NCBI GenBank assembly: GCA_049511615.1
Contig: JBEKXW010000001.1
Coordinates: forward strand, 47,517-111,516
Source: Candidatus Dormibacteria bacterium
GTDB lineage: Bacteria > Chloroflexota > Dormibacteria > Aeolococcales > Aeolococcaceae
Direction of reading: 5' to 3'
Length of the DNA stretch: 64,000 nucleotides
This document shows positions 1 to 10,537 of this stretch, one piece after another. The notes beneath the pieces are model-generated. The model was given only the letters and a program-made list of their open reading frames with translations. It was not told the DNA's origin and searched no databases. Position 1 is the stretch's first letter, and each line of letters opens with the position of its first letter. A program made the translations under genes and the position numbers.

Positions 1-279
1 GGTGGGTACGACCTCGCCGTGTCCCGGGCCGCCGCTCCCGCCCCCGTGCTCTGCGAGCTGGCCTTGCCGCTGCTGCGCGCCGGCGGCCGGCTGGTGGCCC
101 TGGTGACCGACGCGCCGCGGGACGCGCGGGCCGCCGCCACGGCCGCGGCCGCCTGCGGGGGTGGGACGCCGGAGGTGGTCGCCCCCGGCATCCTGGCGAT
201 CACCAAGGTGGGGCCGACCCCGGAGCGCTTCCCCCGCCGCCCGGGGCTGCCGGCCCGGCGCCCGCTGGGCGGACCCTGA
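1..279 (+). CDS. rsmG: 16S rRNA (guanine527-N7)-methyltransferase RsmG/GidB, C-terminal fragment (runs off 5' edge)
   Basis: Frame-1 translation from nt 1 (GGYDLAVSRAAAPAPVLCELALPLLRAGGRLVAL...) matches the conserved RsmG C-terminal block (A..LPVL.E.ALPLLRPGGRL.A.KG). No start codon inside the window. Confidence 0.55.
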   Translation, partial: GGYDLAVSRAAAPAPVLCELALPLLRAGGRLVALVTDAPRDARAAATAAAACGGGTPEVVAPGILAITKVGPTPERFPRRPGLPARRPLGGP

Positions 280-459
280 CGCTCCGAGCTGGCGCCCCAA
301 CGGCCTCGAGGGCAGCGTGTCTGCCCTTGGTGAGCCGCAAGGCTATAGTGGAGCCGAACCTCGATGGTGAGGGCGGCCTGGACCACCTCCGCGTGGCCAC
401 GGTTCGGGATGGGGGTCTCCGCCACCTGGCCGAGAGCGTGGTGCCGTGGAGGCAGCCTC

Positions 460-1431
460 ATGAGAGCCGTCGTCTTCGACAGGTACGGGCCGCCGGAGGT
501 CCTGCGACTCCAGGACGTCAGGCGGCCTGTCCCCAGGGACAAGGAAGTTCGCGTGAGGATCCGCGCGACGACGATGAGCCGGACGGACTGCGCACTTCGC
601 GCGGGCGAGCCCTTCATCTCCCGCGTGGCCACCGGTCTTCGCCGGCCGAGGCGCAGGATCCTCGGCAGCGACCTGGCCGGAGAGGTGGAGAGAGTCGGCG
701 CCACCGTCAGCGAGTTCGAGGCGGGCGATCGCGTCTTCGGCATCAATCCGTGGAAGTTCGGCGCGCATGCCGAATACGTGTGCATGCGGGCAGGCGGCGC
801 CCTGTCGCGCATGCCGGCCGGGATGAGCTTCGAAGAGGCGGCCGCGATCTGCGACGGGGCGATCCTGGCACTGAACGCCCTGAGGCCGGCGCATCTCCGG
901 ACCGGGCAGAGGATCCTCGTCTACGGCGCATCGGGATCCATCGGCACCGCGGCGGTGCAGCTGGCCAGGCACCTCGGTGCCGACGTCGCTGCAGTCTGCA
1001 ACACCGGGAACGTCGAGCTGGTGAGATCGCTTGGAGCCGGCGAGGTCATCGACTACGCGCGGGAGGACTTCACCAAGAACGGCCAGACCTACGACGCCGT
1101 CCTCGACGCCGTCGGGAACCTCTCGTTCAGCCGCTGTCGCGGCTCCCTGAGACGGGGCGGGGTCTACCTCGCAACCGACGGGTTGCGCAACCTGTTCCTG
1201 GCCGTGTGGACCGCGCGGATCGGAGACAGGAGGGTGCGGTTCTCGATCCCGCCTCGATTCTCGAAGAGGGACGTCGTGCTCCTCAGGGAGCTGATCGAGG
1301 CGGGGAGGTACCGGGCGGTCATCGATCGGCGCTACCCGCTGGAGCAGGTGGTCGAGGCGGCCAGGTACGTCGACACGAAGCAGAAGACGGGAAACGTCGT
1401 CCTGACCGTCAGCGGCGAGAGCGGGACGTGA
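460..1431 (+). CDS. Zn-dependent alcohol dehydrogenase / NADPH:quinone oxidoreductase family (MDR superfamily) protein
   Basis: MRAVVFDRYGPPEVLRLQDV...GSDLAGEV...LVYGASGSIGTAAVQLA..., i.e. the GroES-like N-terminal domain followed by a Rossmann GxGxxG. ATG at 460 lies inside the longer track ORF 364..1431. Confidence 0.8.
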   Translation: MRAVVFDRYGPPEVLRLQDVRRPVPRDKEVRVRIRATTMSRTDCALRAGEPFISRVATGLRRPRRRILGSDLAGEVERVGATVSEFEAGDRVFGINPWKFGAHAEYVCMRAGGALSRMPAGMSFEEAAAICDGAILALNALRPAHLRTGQRILVYGASGSIGTAAVQLARHLGADVAAVCNTGNVELVRSLGAGEVIDYAREDFTKNGQTYDAVLDAVGNLSFSRCRGSLRRGGVYLATDGLRNLFLAVWTARIGDRRVRFSIPPRFSKRDVVLLRELIEAGRYRAVIDRRYPLEQVVEAARYVDTKQKTGNVVLTVSGESGT

Positions 1432-1452
1432 GCTGACCCTCTCGCCGCGTGG

Positions 1453-2964
1453 TCAGGCGCCGGCGCGTGGGCGCGGCGCCTGGCGCAGAGCGGCCTCCGC
1501 CACCGCGCGCTCGTCCCAGGGCACCGGGCCATCGGCCATCTCGATGGTCCGCTCGTGCCCCTTGCCCGCCAGCAGGATGGTGTCGCCCGCGGCCGCTCCG
1601 CGGATGGCGAAGTCGATCGCCGCGGTCCGGTCGGGGATGAGGTGAAGGCGGGTCCCCCGGGTCGCCCCCGCCGCCTCCGCCGCGGCCGCGATCTCCTCGA
1701 CGATGGCCACGCGGTCCTCGCCGCGCGGGTCCTCGTCGGCGACCACGACGACGTCGGCGAGCCGGGCCGCGACCCGCCCCATGGTCCCGCGCTTCTCGCG
1801 GTCGCGCTCACCCGCCGACCCGAACACGACCCAGAGCCGGCCGCCGGTCGCGGGGCGCAGCTCGCCGAGGACCGTCTCCAGCGCCGCGGCGCTGTGCGCG
1901 TAATCGACCACCACCGCGAAGTCCTGGCCCAGGTCGACGCGCTCCATCCTCCCGACCACCCTCTCCAGGCCGGTGAGACCCCGTGTCGCCAGCTCGAGGC
2001 CGGCGCCGCTCCCGCACGCGGCGGCGAGCGCCGCCAGTGCGTTGGCGGCGTTGAAGGCGCCCGCCAGGCGGAGCTCGACCGGGGTCCGGCCCCACGGCGT
2101 GGCCGCCACGAAATGGACACCTCTGGCATCAACGCGCAGGTCCTCGGCGATGAGGTCGGCGTCGGGGGAGCCTGCGGCGCTGTAGGTGAGCCGGCGGGCC
2201 ACGGGCGTGGCGGCGAGCCGGGCAAAGGCGAAGTCGTCGTCGCGGTCGAGCACGGCCAGCCCCCGGGGGCGGGTGCCCACCAGCTCCAAGAGGCGCCGCT
2301 TGGTCCGCAGGTACTCCTCCCGCGTTCCATGGATGTCGAGGTGCTCGGAGGTGATCCGCGTGTAGACCGCGATGTCGTAGTCGACGTCGTCGACCCGGTG
2401 GAGATGGAGGCCGTGCGAGGACGTCTCGAGCGCCACCCGGGTGCAGCCGGCGGCGGCCGCCTCGGCCAGCCAGCGGTGCAGCTCGGGGGCCTCGAGGGTG
2501 GTGATGCGGCCCGAGCTCGGACGGACGCCGTCACCGACCCGGACGTCCACGGTGGTGATGCTGGCCGCCCTCTCGCCGGCCGCCTGCCAGGCTGCCCAGA
2601 GCATGGTGGAGGTGGTGGTCTTGCCGTCGGTGCCGGTGATCCCGGCCACGGTCATCCGCCGGGACGGGTGGCCGGCGAGGCTGGCCGAGAGCGCGCTCAG
2701 GGCCCGCCGGCTGCTCGTGACCGTGAGCAGCGGTGTGGTCGCCGGGACGGGGGGGACGGGGGCCTGCTCGGCGACCACGGCGACCGCGCCGGCCCGGACC
2801 GCGGCGGCGGCGAAGCCGTGACCATCGACATGGAAGCCCGGAACGGCGACGAAGACGGCACCCGGGTGGCAGTTTCGGGAGTCGTACTCGACGGCGGTGA
2901 CCTCGGGGTCGGTCCCGACGGCGGGGGCGAGGCCCGATCGGTGGAGCAGCTCGGAGAGGCGCAT
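1453..2964 (-). CDS. murE: Mur ligase: UDP-N-acetylmuramoyl-L-alanyl-D-glutamate--2,6-diaminopimelate ligase (MurE)-like
   Basis: MRLSELL...VEYDSRNCHPGAVFVAVPGFHVDGHGF (MurE N-terminal block), GITGTDGKTTT P-loop, C-terminal LLAGKGHE and an EDPR (DNPR-like) motif. ATG at 2964 lies 23 nt after the menF stop, on the same strand. Confidence 0.75.
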   Translation of the reverse strand: MRLSELLHRSGLAPAVGTDPEVTAVEYDSRNCHPGAVFVAVPGFHVDGHGFAAAAVRAGAVAVVAEQAPVPPVPATTPLLTVTSSRRALSALSASLAGHPSRRMTVAGITGTDGKTTTSTMLWAAWQAAGERAASITTVDVRVGDGVRPSSGRITTLEAPELHRWLAEAAAAGCTRVALETSSHGLHLHRVDDVDYDIAVYTRITSEHLDIHGTREEYLRTKRRLLELVGTRPRGLAVLDRDDDFAFARLAATPVARRLTYSAAGSPDADLIAEDLRVDARGVHFVAATPWGRTPVELRLAGAFNAANALAALAAACGSGAGLELATRGLTGLERVVGRMERVDLGQDFAVVVDYAHSAAALETVLGELRPATGGRLWVVFGSAGERDREKRGTMGRVAARLADVVVVADEDPRGEDRVAIVEEIAAAAEAAGATRGTRLHLIPDRTAAIDFAIRGAAAGDTILLAGKGHERTIEMADGPVPWDERAVAEAALRQAPRPRAGA

Positions 2965-2987
2965 CGGGGAGTGTCCAGTTCCCGCGG

Positions 2988-4316
2988 CTAGGCCGGCGCC
3001 CCGCCGGACGTCCCCGCGCACGCCTCCAGCGCGTCGACCATGGTCCGGAACTTCACCTCCGTCTCCGCCACCTCGAGGTCCGGCCGCGACTCGGCCACGA
3101 TCCCGGCGCCGGCGTGGATCCTGACCGCCGCGCGGGTCACCAGGGCGCAGCGTAGGCTCACCGCCCACTCGCCGTCGCCGCGGCCGTCCACCCAGCCGAC
3201 CAGGCCCGCGTAGAGCCCTCGGGACGCGGGCTCGAGACGGGCGATCAGGGCACCCGCCACCGCCCTCGGCGTCCCGCAGACCGCCGGGGTGGGATGGAGC
3301 TCCGCCGCCAGGGCCAGGGCGCTCGGCGCCGAGGGGCGCAGGCGCCCCCGCACTGCGGTGGCAAGGTGCCAGACCGCGGCCGTCGCGGCGAGGTGCGGCT
3401 CGCTGTCGACGCGCAGATCCGCGCAGTGGGGCGCGAGGGTGTCGGCGACCACCTCCACCACCGCGGCGTGCTCGTGGAGGTCCTTCGCCGAATGGAGCAG
3501 GGCCTCCGCGGCCTGGCGGTCCCGGCCCGGATCGGGCGAGCGCGCCGCGGTGCCGGCGTGCGGAAGGGACACCACCCGGTCCCCCTCACGGCGGAGCAGG
3601 GTCTCGGGGGTGGCCCCCACGAAGGCGCCGCCTCCAGCCGCCGGGGCGGCGAAGAGGTGGCAGTCGGGATCGCGCCGGCGCAGCTCGGCGAGCAGCCGGA
3701 GAAGGTCGAGGCCGGGGTTGGCCGCCACCAGGCTCCGGGTCAGCACCACCTTCTCCAGCTCGCCGGCCCTGATCGTGGAGATCGCCTCGGTGACCGCTCG
3801 CACATAGGCGGCGGCGGACGGTTCAGCGCGCCAGCGCAGCACGGCGGCCGGGTGGGTGGGGGCCGGCGCGTGGGTGGTGGCTGGCCCGCGGGCGACGGCC
3901 GCCTCCTCGGGGACCGCGCGCTGTCGCCGGGGGGGTGTTCCGCAGGAGGCGCCGGCCGCCCGGCGAGCGCCGCGGGCTCGGAGGTCCAGGTCGCGGGGCT
4001 GGATCGAGGTGACCGTCACCCGCTCCGGTAGGAGCAGGCCGGCCGGCATGTCGCCTTCGTAGGGGAGCGCGGCGGCGACGACGGCGCCGCCGACGCCGAG
4101 GTCGCTGAGCGCGGCGTCGGCCATGAGCGCGGCCCGGGTCGCCTGCGCCGGCCCCGCCGGCACCTCGATCCGGCGCAGCTCGCCGGTGGCGACGATCCCC
4201 GCGCCCCGCCGTTCCATCAGGAAGCCGCCGGGCCGCCAGGCGGCGAGCAGGTCGACGGGGGCGTCCGGCGCGCCGGATGCTCCCTCGAGGGTGACCTCCC
4301 GGCACCCGGCGGTCAT
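2988..4316 (-). CDS. menF: isochorismate synthase (menaquinone-specific, MenF-like; chorismate-binding enzyme family)
   Basis: C-terminal chorismate-binding signature (...HAGAGIVAESRPDLEVAETEVKF...). ATG at 4316 (MTAGCREVTLEG...) inside the longer track ORF. Sits among other men genes. Confidence 0.75.
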   Translation of the reverse strand: MTAGCREVTLEGASGAPDAPVDLLAAWRPGGFLMERRGAGIVATGELRRIEVPAGPAQATRAALMADAALSDLGVGGAVVAAALPYEGDMPAGLLLPERVTVTSIQPRDLDLRARGARRAAGASCGTPPRRQRAVPEEAAVARGPATTHAPAPTHPAAVLRWRAEPSAAAYVRAVTEAISTIRAGELEKVVLTRSLVAANPGLDLLRLLAELRRRDPDCHLFAAPAAGGGAFVGATPETLLRREGDRVVSLPHAGTAARSPDPGRDRQAAEALLHSAKDLHEHAAVVEVVADTLAPHCADLRVDSEPHLAATAAVWHLATAVRGRLRPSAPSALALAAELHPTPAVCGTPRAVAGALIARLEPASRGLYAGLVGWVDGRGDGEWAVSLRCALVTRAAVRIHAGAGIVAESRPDLEVAETEVKFRTMVDALEACAGTSGGAPA

Positions 4317-4371
4317 CTCCACGGCTCCCCGGCCCGGCCGCGCCCCATGGCGCCGCCGTCGATCCCGGCGC

Positions 4372-5118
4372 TCATCTCCGGCTTCCGACCAGCAGCTGGA
4401 CCGTACCGAAGCCGAGCAGGAGGCGGCGGGTGTCGGGGAAGCCGGCATTGCGGAATATCGCGGTGAGCGTGGACCCGTCGGGCAGGTACGCGGTCGAGGC
4501 CGGAAGGTAGCGGTAGGCCTCGCCGTCCGAGAGGAGGGCGCCGAGGCGGGGCACGACCCCCTCGATCCAGGTCGACTGGATCCAGCGGGTCGCCGCCCGG
4601 GGCTCGGCGAGGTCGAGCACCGCGACCCGCCCGCCCGGGCGGACCACCCGCGCCATCTCGGCGACGCAGCGGCCGATGTCGACGACGTTGCGCAGCGCGA
4701 AGCCCGAGGTGACCCCGTCGACGCTCGCCGGCGCGAAGGGGAGGTCGAGGATGTCGGCACGGACGAACTGGTCTGCGCCGCGGGCGCGGGCCAGCATCCC
4801 AGCGGCGCTGTCCACGCCGATGGTCCGGTAGCCGGCTCGCCCCAGCGCCCGGCAGAACTGGCCGGTGCCGCAGGCGAGGTCGGCGACCAGCGCGCCCTGG
4901 GGCAGGCGCAGCTCGCCGACGGCGCGGCGCCGCCAGACCACGTCGAGCCCCCCGGTCATCAGGTGGTTGATGAGGCCGTAGCGCGGGGCGATCCGGTCGA
5001 ACATCGCCTCGACGACGCGCGCCTTCTCGGTCGCGTCGGGAAGGGGGGTGGGAAGGGTCACGGTTCCCCCATCATCGCCGAGCCGGCGACGGCGACGCCC
5101 GAGGCCAGGCCGCATCAC
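4372..5118 (-). CDS. menG: demethylmenaquinone methyltransferase UbiE/MenG (class I SAM-dependent methyltransferase)
   Basis: FDRIAPRYGLINHLMTGGLD...LDLACGTG...VRPGGRVAVLD is the UbiE/MenG signature. ATG at 5118 overlaps the menE stop (ATGA coupling). An alternative GTG at 5061 cannot be excluded. Confidence 0.85.
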   Translation of the reverse strand: MMRPGLGRRRRRLGDDGGTVTLPTPLPDATEKARVVEAMFDRIAPRYGLINHLMTGGLDVVWRRRAVGELRLPQGALVADLACGTGQFCRALGRAGYRTIGVDSAAGMLARARGADQFVRADILDLPFAPASVDGVTSGFALRNVVDIGRCVAEMARVVRPGGRVAVLDLAEPRAATRWIQSTWIEGVVPRLGALLSDGEAYRYLPASTAYLPDGSTLTAIFRNAGFPDTRRLLLGFGTVQLLVGSRR

Positions 5119-6311
5119 CCCGATGGTTCCACCTCACCGGCTCGCTGAGCCAGCCATCCCCGGCGCAGCTTTCCCAGCGGCGTCCGGGGCAGGGACTCCA
5201 TGACCACCAGCTCGCGGGGTGCACGGTGGCGGCCGAGCAGGGCCCCCACATGCTCCCGCAGGGCCTCCAGGGTCGGCGGCGCAGCCGGGTCGCGAGGTAC
5301 GACGGCCGCCACCACGCGCCGCCCCCAGGTGGGGTCGGGACGGCCAAACACGGCGCAGTCGGCGACCGCGGGATGGCTGCGCAGCGCCGCCTCGACGTCT
5401 CCCGGCCAGACGTTCTCGCCGCCGGTCACGATGAGGTCGTCCAGCCGCCCCTGGACGTGGAGCAGTCCCGCGCCGTCCAGCCAGCCGGCGTCGCCGGTGG
5501 GCAGCCATCCGCCCGCGGTCAGACCGGCGCCGGAGCCGTCGCGGTACCCGCGCAGCAGGGTCGGCCCCCCCAGCTGGATCTCCCCGGCGTCCGTGATCCG
5601 GAGCGAGACGCCGGGCAGCGGAGCTCCGTCGTAGACGACGCCCCCGCAGCTCTGGGTCAGCCCGTAGGTGACCACGCAGGGAGCCCTGGCGGTGGTCGCG
5701 CGGTCCCGGAGCGGCGCCTCCATCCCCCCTCCTCCCACCAGCATGGCCCGGTAGCCGCGGAGGTCGACGCCCGCGTCGAGCGCGCGCACCAGCTGGGTGG
5801 GGACGATCGAGATGAACGGGAACCCGCTCACCGGCTCCAGCTTTCCAGGGCGGCGGAAGAGCAGCGGGGCGCCGCCCAGGATCCCGCGCAGCAGCACCAG
5901 GAGGCCGCCGATGTGAGCGGGCGGCAGGCAGCTCACCCAGCCGTCGCCGGAGCCCGCCGCCAGGGCGCGCAGGGAGGACGTCACGGCGGCCTCGACCCCC
6001 GACCGGGGCAGCTCCACCAGGCGGGAGCGGCCCGAGGAGCCCGAGGTGGCGACGATCAGCGCCACCGCGGAATCCGCCGGCCGGCCCGACGGCGCGCGTC
6101 GCCGGCCCTCCGGGGAGACGATCACCGTCGGCTCGCCACGGGCCAGCAGGGCGCGCGCGGCGGCCGCCGGCAGCCGGTGGTCCACCGGGAAGAGGACAGC
6201 CTCGGAGCTCCACGTCTCGGCGGCGATCCCGAGCCACGCCTCCCCCGGGGGCAGGGTGACCGCGACCACGTCGCCGCGGTGCAGCCGGCCACCACCCGCA
6301 CCTTCACTCAC
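5115..6311 (-). CDS. menE: o-succinylbenzoate--CoA ligase (MenE), short actinobacterial form
   Basis: Adenylate-forming enzyme motifs ([34 protein letters not shown]). GTG at 6311 chosen because it does not overlap divergent menB (ATG 6337). The track ORF extends to 6401. Confidence 0.7.
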   Translation of the reverse strand: MSEGAGGGRLHRGDVVAVTLPPGEAWLGIAAETWSSEAVLFPVDHRLPAAAARALLARGEPTVIVSPEGRRRAPSGRPADSAVALIVATSGSSGRSRLVELPRSGVEAAVTSSLRALAAGSGDGWVSCLPPAHIGGLLVLLRGILGGAPLLFRRPGKLEPVSGFPFISIVPTQLVRALDAGVDLRGYRAMLVGGGGMEAPLRDRATTARAPCVVTYGLTQSCGGVVYDGAPLPGVSLRITDAGEIQLGGPTLLRGYRDGSGAGLTAGGWLPTGDAGWLDGAGLLHVQGRLDDLIVTGGENVWPGDVEAALRSHPAVADCAVFGRPDPTWGRRVVAAVVPRDPAAPPTLEALREHVGALLGRHRAPRELVVMESLPRTPLGKLRRGWLAQRAGEVEPSG

Positions 6312-6336
6312 GTTGAGTACGCTAACCGACAGCGCG

Positions 6337-7179
6337 ATGAGCCCAGATGACGGCACCTCCCAGTCCCCCACATGGAGCCCCCACGGCGAGTTCACCGACA
6401 TACGCTACGAGACCGCCGCGGGGATCGCCAAGCTGACCATCAACCGGCCGGAGGTGCGCAACGCCTTCCGCCCGACCACCCTCTTCGAGCTGTCCCGGGC
6501 CTTCGAGATGGCCCGCGACGATCCGGAGGTGGGCGTGGTCATCCTCACCGGGGAGGGCCGCCAGGCCTTCTGCTCGGGTGGCGACCAGCGGGTCCGCGGC
6601 GACGACGGCTATCGCGACGCCCACGGCGTCGGCCGCCTCAACGTCCTCGACCTCCAGGTCCAGATCCGCCGCCTGCCCCAGCCGGTGATCGCCATGGTCG
6701 CGGGCTACGCCATCGGCGGCGGCCACGTCCTTCACCTGGTCTGCGACCTGACCGTCGCCGCCGACAACGCCGTCTTCGGCCAGACCGGGCCGAAGGTGGG
6801 CTCCTTCGACGCCGGTTATGGCGCCGGGCTGCTGGCCAGGACCGTCGGCCTCAAGCGGGCCAAGCAGGTGTGGTTCCTCTGCGAGCAGTACGACGCCGTC
6901 ACCGCCGAGCGGTGGGGCCTGGTCAACTGGGTGGTGCCGGTGGACGAGCTGGAGGCCCGCACGGTCGCGGTCTGCCGCCGGATCCTGGAGATGAGCCCGC
7001 TGGCCCTCCGGCTCCTCAAGGCCGGCTTCAACGCCGACGCCGACGGCCTGGCCGGGATCCAGCAGCTGGCCGGCGACGCCACCCTCCTCTACTACATGGG
7101 AGAGGAGGCCCGGGAGGGCCGCGACGCCTTCCTGGAGAAGCGCCCGCCCGACTTCTCCCGCTTCCCCCGCCGACCGTGA
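6337..7179 (+). CDS. menB: 1,4-dihydroxy-2-naphthoyl-CoA synthase (MenB, crotonase family)
   Basis: [28 protein letters not shown]...[14 protein letters not shown]...[23 protein letters not shown] is nearly invariant MenB sequence. ATG at 6337 inside the longer track ORF. Confidence 0.9.
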   Translation: MSPDDGTSQSPTWSPHGEFTDIRYETAAGIAKLTINRPEVRNAFRPTTLFELSRAFEMARDDPEVGVVILTGEGRQAFCSGGDQRVRGDDGYRDAHGVGRLNVLDLQVQIRRLPQPVIAMVAGYAIGGGHVLHLVCDLTVAADNAVFGQTGPKVGSFDAGYGAGLLARTVGLKRAKQVWFLCEQYDAVTAERWGLVNWVVPVDELEARTVAVCRRILEMSPLALRLLKAGFNADADGLAGIQQLAGDATLLYYMGEEAREGRDAFLEKRPPDFSRFPRRP

Positions 7180-8132
7180 CCGACCTGGCGGCCGCGGGGC
7201 GGCGCGGCCCCGGCGCGGCCGCCCGGCTCTGGCTGATGGGGGCGCGGCCGCGCACCCTCGGGGTCGGCGCCGTCCCGGTCCTGCTCGGTGCGGCGGCGAG
7301 CGGCCACCCCAAGGCGCTGCCCACGCTGGCCGCGCTGGTGGTGGCCGTCGGGCTCCAGGTCGGCGCCAACCTCGCCAACGACTACTTCGACGGCCGCCGA
7401 GGGGTGGACACCGCGGCCAGGGTCGGGCCCCGGCGGCTCACCGCCAGCGGCCTGGTCCGGCCGGGTGCCGTCCTGGCCGCCGCCCTGGCGTGCCTGGCGG
7501 TCGCCGCCGCCATCGGACTCTGGCTGGCGCTGGCGAGCGGCCTCGGCTGGCTGGTCCTGGCCGGTGCCATCGCCCTCGCCGCCACCCTCCTCTACACCGG
7601 CGGGCCCCGCCCCTACGCGGCGACCGGGGTGGTGGCCGACCTGGCGGTGTTCGCCTTCTTCGGCCTGATGGCGACGGTGGCGACCGCCGCCGTGCAGGGC
7701 TCCGGCCTTGCGGCCCGGGTCTGGTGGGCGGCGGTTGCCATCGGCCTGCTCGCGGTCGCCGTGCTGGTCGCCAACAACCTCCGCGACCTCGCCACCGACC
7801 GGGACGCCGGCCGTCACACCCTGGTGGTCCGCCTCGGCGACGGCCCGGCCCGGCTCTTCTACAGCGCGCTGATCATGGGCGGCGTGCTGGTGCCGACGCT
7901 GGGTGTGCTGCTCGGCCAGCTGCCCCTCCTGGCCCTGGTCTCGCTCCTCGCTGTGCCCGCCCTGGTCAGCCCGCTGCGGGTGGCCGGCAGCCGCGCGTTG
8001 CAGGGCCGCGGCCTGGTGCCGCTCCTGCCCCTCACCACCCGCCTGCACCTGGCCCTCGGTGCCCTGCTTGCCGCGGCTCTCCTCGCCGCCGCGCTCCTGC
8101 CCCACCCGGTGGGCATGGCCCACCTCTGGTAG
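7176..8132 (+). CDS. menA: 1,4-dihydroxy-2-naphthoate polyprenyltransferase (MenA, UbiA family)
   Basis: UbiA-family membrane protein ([15 protein letters not shown]...[23 protein letters not shown]). GTG at 7176 overlaps the menB stop (GTGA). Confidence 0.8.
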   Translation: MTDLAAAGRRGPGAAARLWLMGARPRTLGVGAVPVLLGAAASGHPKALPTLAALVVAVGLQVGANLANDYFDGRRGVDTAARVGPRRLTASGLVRPGAVLAAALACLAVAAAIGLWLALASGLGWLVLAGAIALAATLLYTGGPRPYAATGVVADLAVFAFFGLMATVATAAVQGSGLAARVWWAAVAIGLLAVAVLVANNLRDLATDRDAGRHTLVVRLGDGPARLFYSALIMGGVLVPTLGVLLGQLPLLALVSLLAVPALVSPLRVAGSRALQGRGLVPLLPLTTRLHLALGALLAAALLAAALLPHPVGMAHLW

Positions 8133-8282
8133 GCCATGGGGGTCGAGGGCGACGGCGGCACCTCGCCGCTCGGAGCGCCGGCTGATCCTTGTGCGGCTGA
8201 TCCACCGCTCGCGGGCGTCCATACCACCACAGACCAGCGTCCAAATCACCAGGATCCCAGCCCTGCCAGCTAGAATGGCGGG

Positions 8283-9662
8283 GTGTCGACAACGCTGCGG
8301 CGCGAAATCCGGCGCCGCCATCTCCTCCCACGTCTCACCGACGCCCTGGCCGATACCCGCGTGGTCCTTATCACCGGGGCGCGGCAGGCCGGGAAGAGCA
8401 CGCTCGCTCGGATGCTTCTGGCTCGGGTCAACGGTGCCGTGGAGTACACGCTGGACGACCCTGCGACGCTGGCCGCGGCTCGAGTCGACCCGACTGGATT
8501 CGTCACGGACAGGGCGACGATCTTCATCGATGAGGTCCAGCGCGCCCCCGAGCTGCTGCTCGCCATCAAGGCGGCCGTTGACCGGTCACCCGCAACGGCC
8601 AGGTTCCTCCTCACCGGCTCCGCCAACGTTCTCTCGATGGCTCGCGTCGCGGACACCCTGCCAGGTCGGATGGAGGTGGTCGAGCTCTCGCCCTTCTCCC
8701 AGGGGGAGGTGGAGGGCGAGGTCGACACCTTCATCGATCGCGCCTTCGATGGCTGGACCGATCGCACCGGTTCGTCGCTGACCAAGGGCGACTATCTGGA
8801 CCGAGCGGTCCGCGGCGGCTTCCCCGAGATCGTGCTCCACCGTGCCACCGAGCGACGGCGCGCCGCCTGGTTCTCGAGCTACATCGCCGCCACCGTGCAG
8901 AGGGAAGCGCGCGACATCGCCGGCGTCGAGCGGCCAGCCGAGCTGAGCCGTCTTCTCCGGCTGCTCGCGGCCCGCAGCGGCCAGCTCCTCAAGATCGAGG
9001 AGGTAGCTCGCGACGCGGACCTGCCATCCACGACGGCGCGACGCTTCATCCGCCTGATGGAGGCGGCGTACATCGTCCGCACCGTGCCGGGATGGGCGAC
9101 GAGCCGGACCACGCGTGTGGTGCGCATGCCCAAGGTCTTCGTCTGCGACAGCGGGCTCCTGTGCCACGTGCTGGGCGTGAATGCCGAATTCCTCGCCCTC
9201 CCCACCTCCACCATGGCCGGCCACGTCATGGAGACCTTCGTCACCATGGAGCTCTGGCGGCAGCTCGGGTGGTCGCGGACCCGCGCCGACCTCTTTCACT
9301 TCCGCACCAAGGACGGCACCGAGGTCGATGCGGTGCTCGAGGCGCCGGATGGCCGCATCGTCGGGGTGGAGGTCAAGGCGCGCGCAACCGTGCGGAGCGA
9401 GGACTTTCGCGGTCTCCGGCTGCTCGCGGACGCGGCCGGCGACCAGCTTCGCGCGGGCCTCGTGCTCTACACAGGAACGGATACGCTCGCGTTCGGGGAC
9501 AGGCTGCGATGCCTTCCCCTCAGCGCGCTCTGGGAGAGGGAGGGTGGCCAGCTCGAGCCCACGGCGACGGCCCAACCGGCGACCTCCGTTGACGGCCCTG
9601 GGACGATGCTGAGGTCTCGTCACCGCATGCGCTCGCCGGGCACAGAGGAGCGCCGCCCATGA
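8283..9662 (+). CDS. AAA+ superfamily ATPase of the COG1373 (AAA_14 + DUF4143) type
   Basis: N-terminal Walker A ([16 protein letters not shown]) and Walker B (IFIDEVQ), with a C-terminal DUF4143-like region. Its stop overlaps the menC ATG (ATGA). TAGAAT -10-like hexamer ~8 nt before the GTG. Confidence 0.75.
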   Translation: MSTTLRREIRRRHLLPRLTDALADTRVVLITGARQAGKSTLARMLLARVNGAVEYTLDDPATLAAARVDPTGFVTDRATIFIDEVQRAPELLLAIKAAVDRSPATARFLLTGSANVLSMARVADTLPGRMEVVELSPFSQGEVEGEVDTFIDRAFDGWTDRTGSSLTKGDYLDRAVRGGFPEIVLHRATERRRAAWFSSYIAATVQREARDIAGVERPAELSRLLRLLAARSGQLLKIEEVARDADLPSTTARRFIRLMEAAYIVRTVPGWATSRTTRVVRMPKVFVCDSGLLCHVLGVNAEFLALPTSTMAGHVMETFVTMELWRQLGWSRTRADLFHFRTKDGTEVDAVLEAPDGRIVGVEVKARATVRSEDFRGLRLLADAAGDQLRAGLVLYTGTDTLAFGDRLRCLPLSALWEREGGQLEPTATAQPATSVDGPGTMLRSRHRMRSPGTEERRP

Positions 9663-10537
9663 CCGCGCCACCTGCCGGCGCCCGCCGTCTCCCCTTCACG
9701 GTGGCGCTGCGCCAGCCGGTGCTCGGGGTCACCACCCGCGCCGGCTGGTTGATCCAAGGCGACGCCGGGTGGGCGGAGTGGTCCCCCCTCCCCAGCTGGA
9801 GCCGCGAGGAGAACGCGGCCGCCTACTTGGGGGCGCTGGAGGCCGCCGGCCTTCCCTTCCCGGAGCCCGTGCGCGGCTCCGTCGAGATCAACACCATGGT
9901 CCCCCGGGTCCCCCCGGGCGTCGCCGCCCGGATGGCGGTGATCTCGGGCTGCGCCACCGTCAAGGTCAAGGTCGGCGATGCCGACGGGGAGGCCCGGGTC
10001 CGCGCGGTGCGGGAGGCGGTCGGTCCCGGCGTCCGCATCCGGGTCGACGCCAACGGCGCCTGGGACCTCGACGAGGCGGAGCGCGCCCTGGACCGCCTCG
10101 CCGGCCTCGACATCGAGATGGTCGAGGACCCCGTGGACGGGCTCCGCGAGATGGCCGCGCTCCGCCGCCGCTGCGCGGTGCCGGTCGGCGCCGAGATGGC
10201 GATCCGGTGCCTGGAGGACGTGGTCGAGATGCGCCGCCTGGACGCCGCCGACGTGCTGGTCGTCAAGCCCCAGCGCATCGGGGGGATCGCCGCCGCGCTG
10301 CGCGCCGCCGAGCTGGCCGGGGTCCCGGTGGTCGTCTCCAGCGCCCTCGAGACCTCGGTCGGCCTGTCCGCCTGCCTGGCGGTGGCCGCGGCCCTCCCCG
10401 CCTCGCCCTACGCCCACGGCATCGGCACCGCCACGCTGCTCGCCGAGGACGTCACCGCCAACCCGCTCCTCCCCGTCCGGGGGCGGCTCGTCCCCCGCCG
10501 GGTCGAGCCCGACCTCCTGCTCGTACGCCGGCGGTGA
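9659..10537 (+). CDS. menC: o-succinylbenzoate synthase (MenC, enolase superfamily)
   Basis: Enolase-superfamily barrel motifs (KVKVG...[10 protein letters not shown]...DIEMVEDP...VVKPQRIGG) in men context. Confidence 0.8.
   Translation: MTAPPAGARRLPFTVALRQPVLGVTTRAGWLIQGDAGWAEWSPLPSWSREENAAAYLGALEAAGLPFPEPVRGSVEINTMVPRVPPGVAARMAVISGCATVKVKVGDADGEARVRAVREAVGPGVRIRVDANGAWDLDEAERALDRLAGLDIEMVEDPVDGLREMAALRRRCAVPVGAEMAIRCLEDVVEMRRLDAADVLVVKPQRIGGIAAALRAAELAGVPVVVSSALETSVGLSACLAVAAALPASPYAHGIGTATLLAEDVTANPLLPVRGRLVPRRVEPDLLLVRRR

Noticed and set aside
1555-2991. 478-aa plus-strand ORF, and similar long antisense ORFs (5134..6237 -, 7092..8321 -, 8586..9671 -, 22422..24656 +, 55930..58146 - N-terminal part, 62928..63824 -)
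   Set aside because: All lie opposite genes with clear family signatures. Their products are dominated by R/G/P/A/D low-complexity runs. This is the mirror-frame ORF inflation expected at this GC content.
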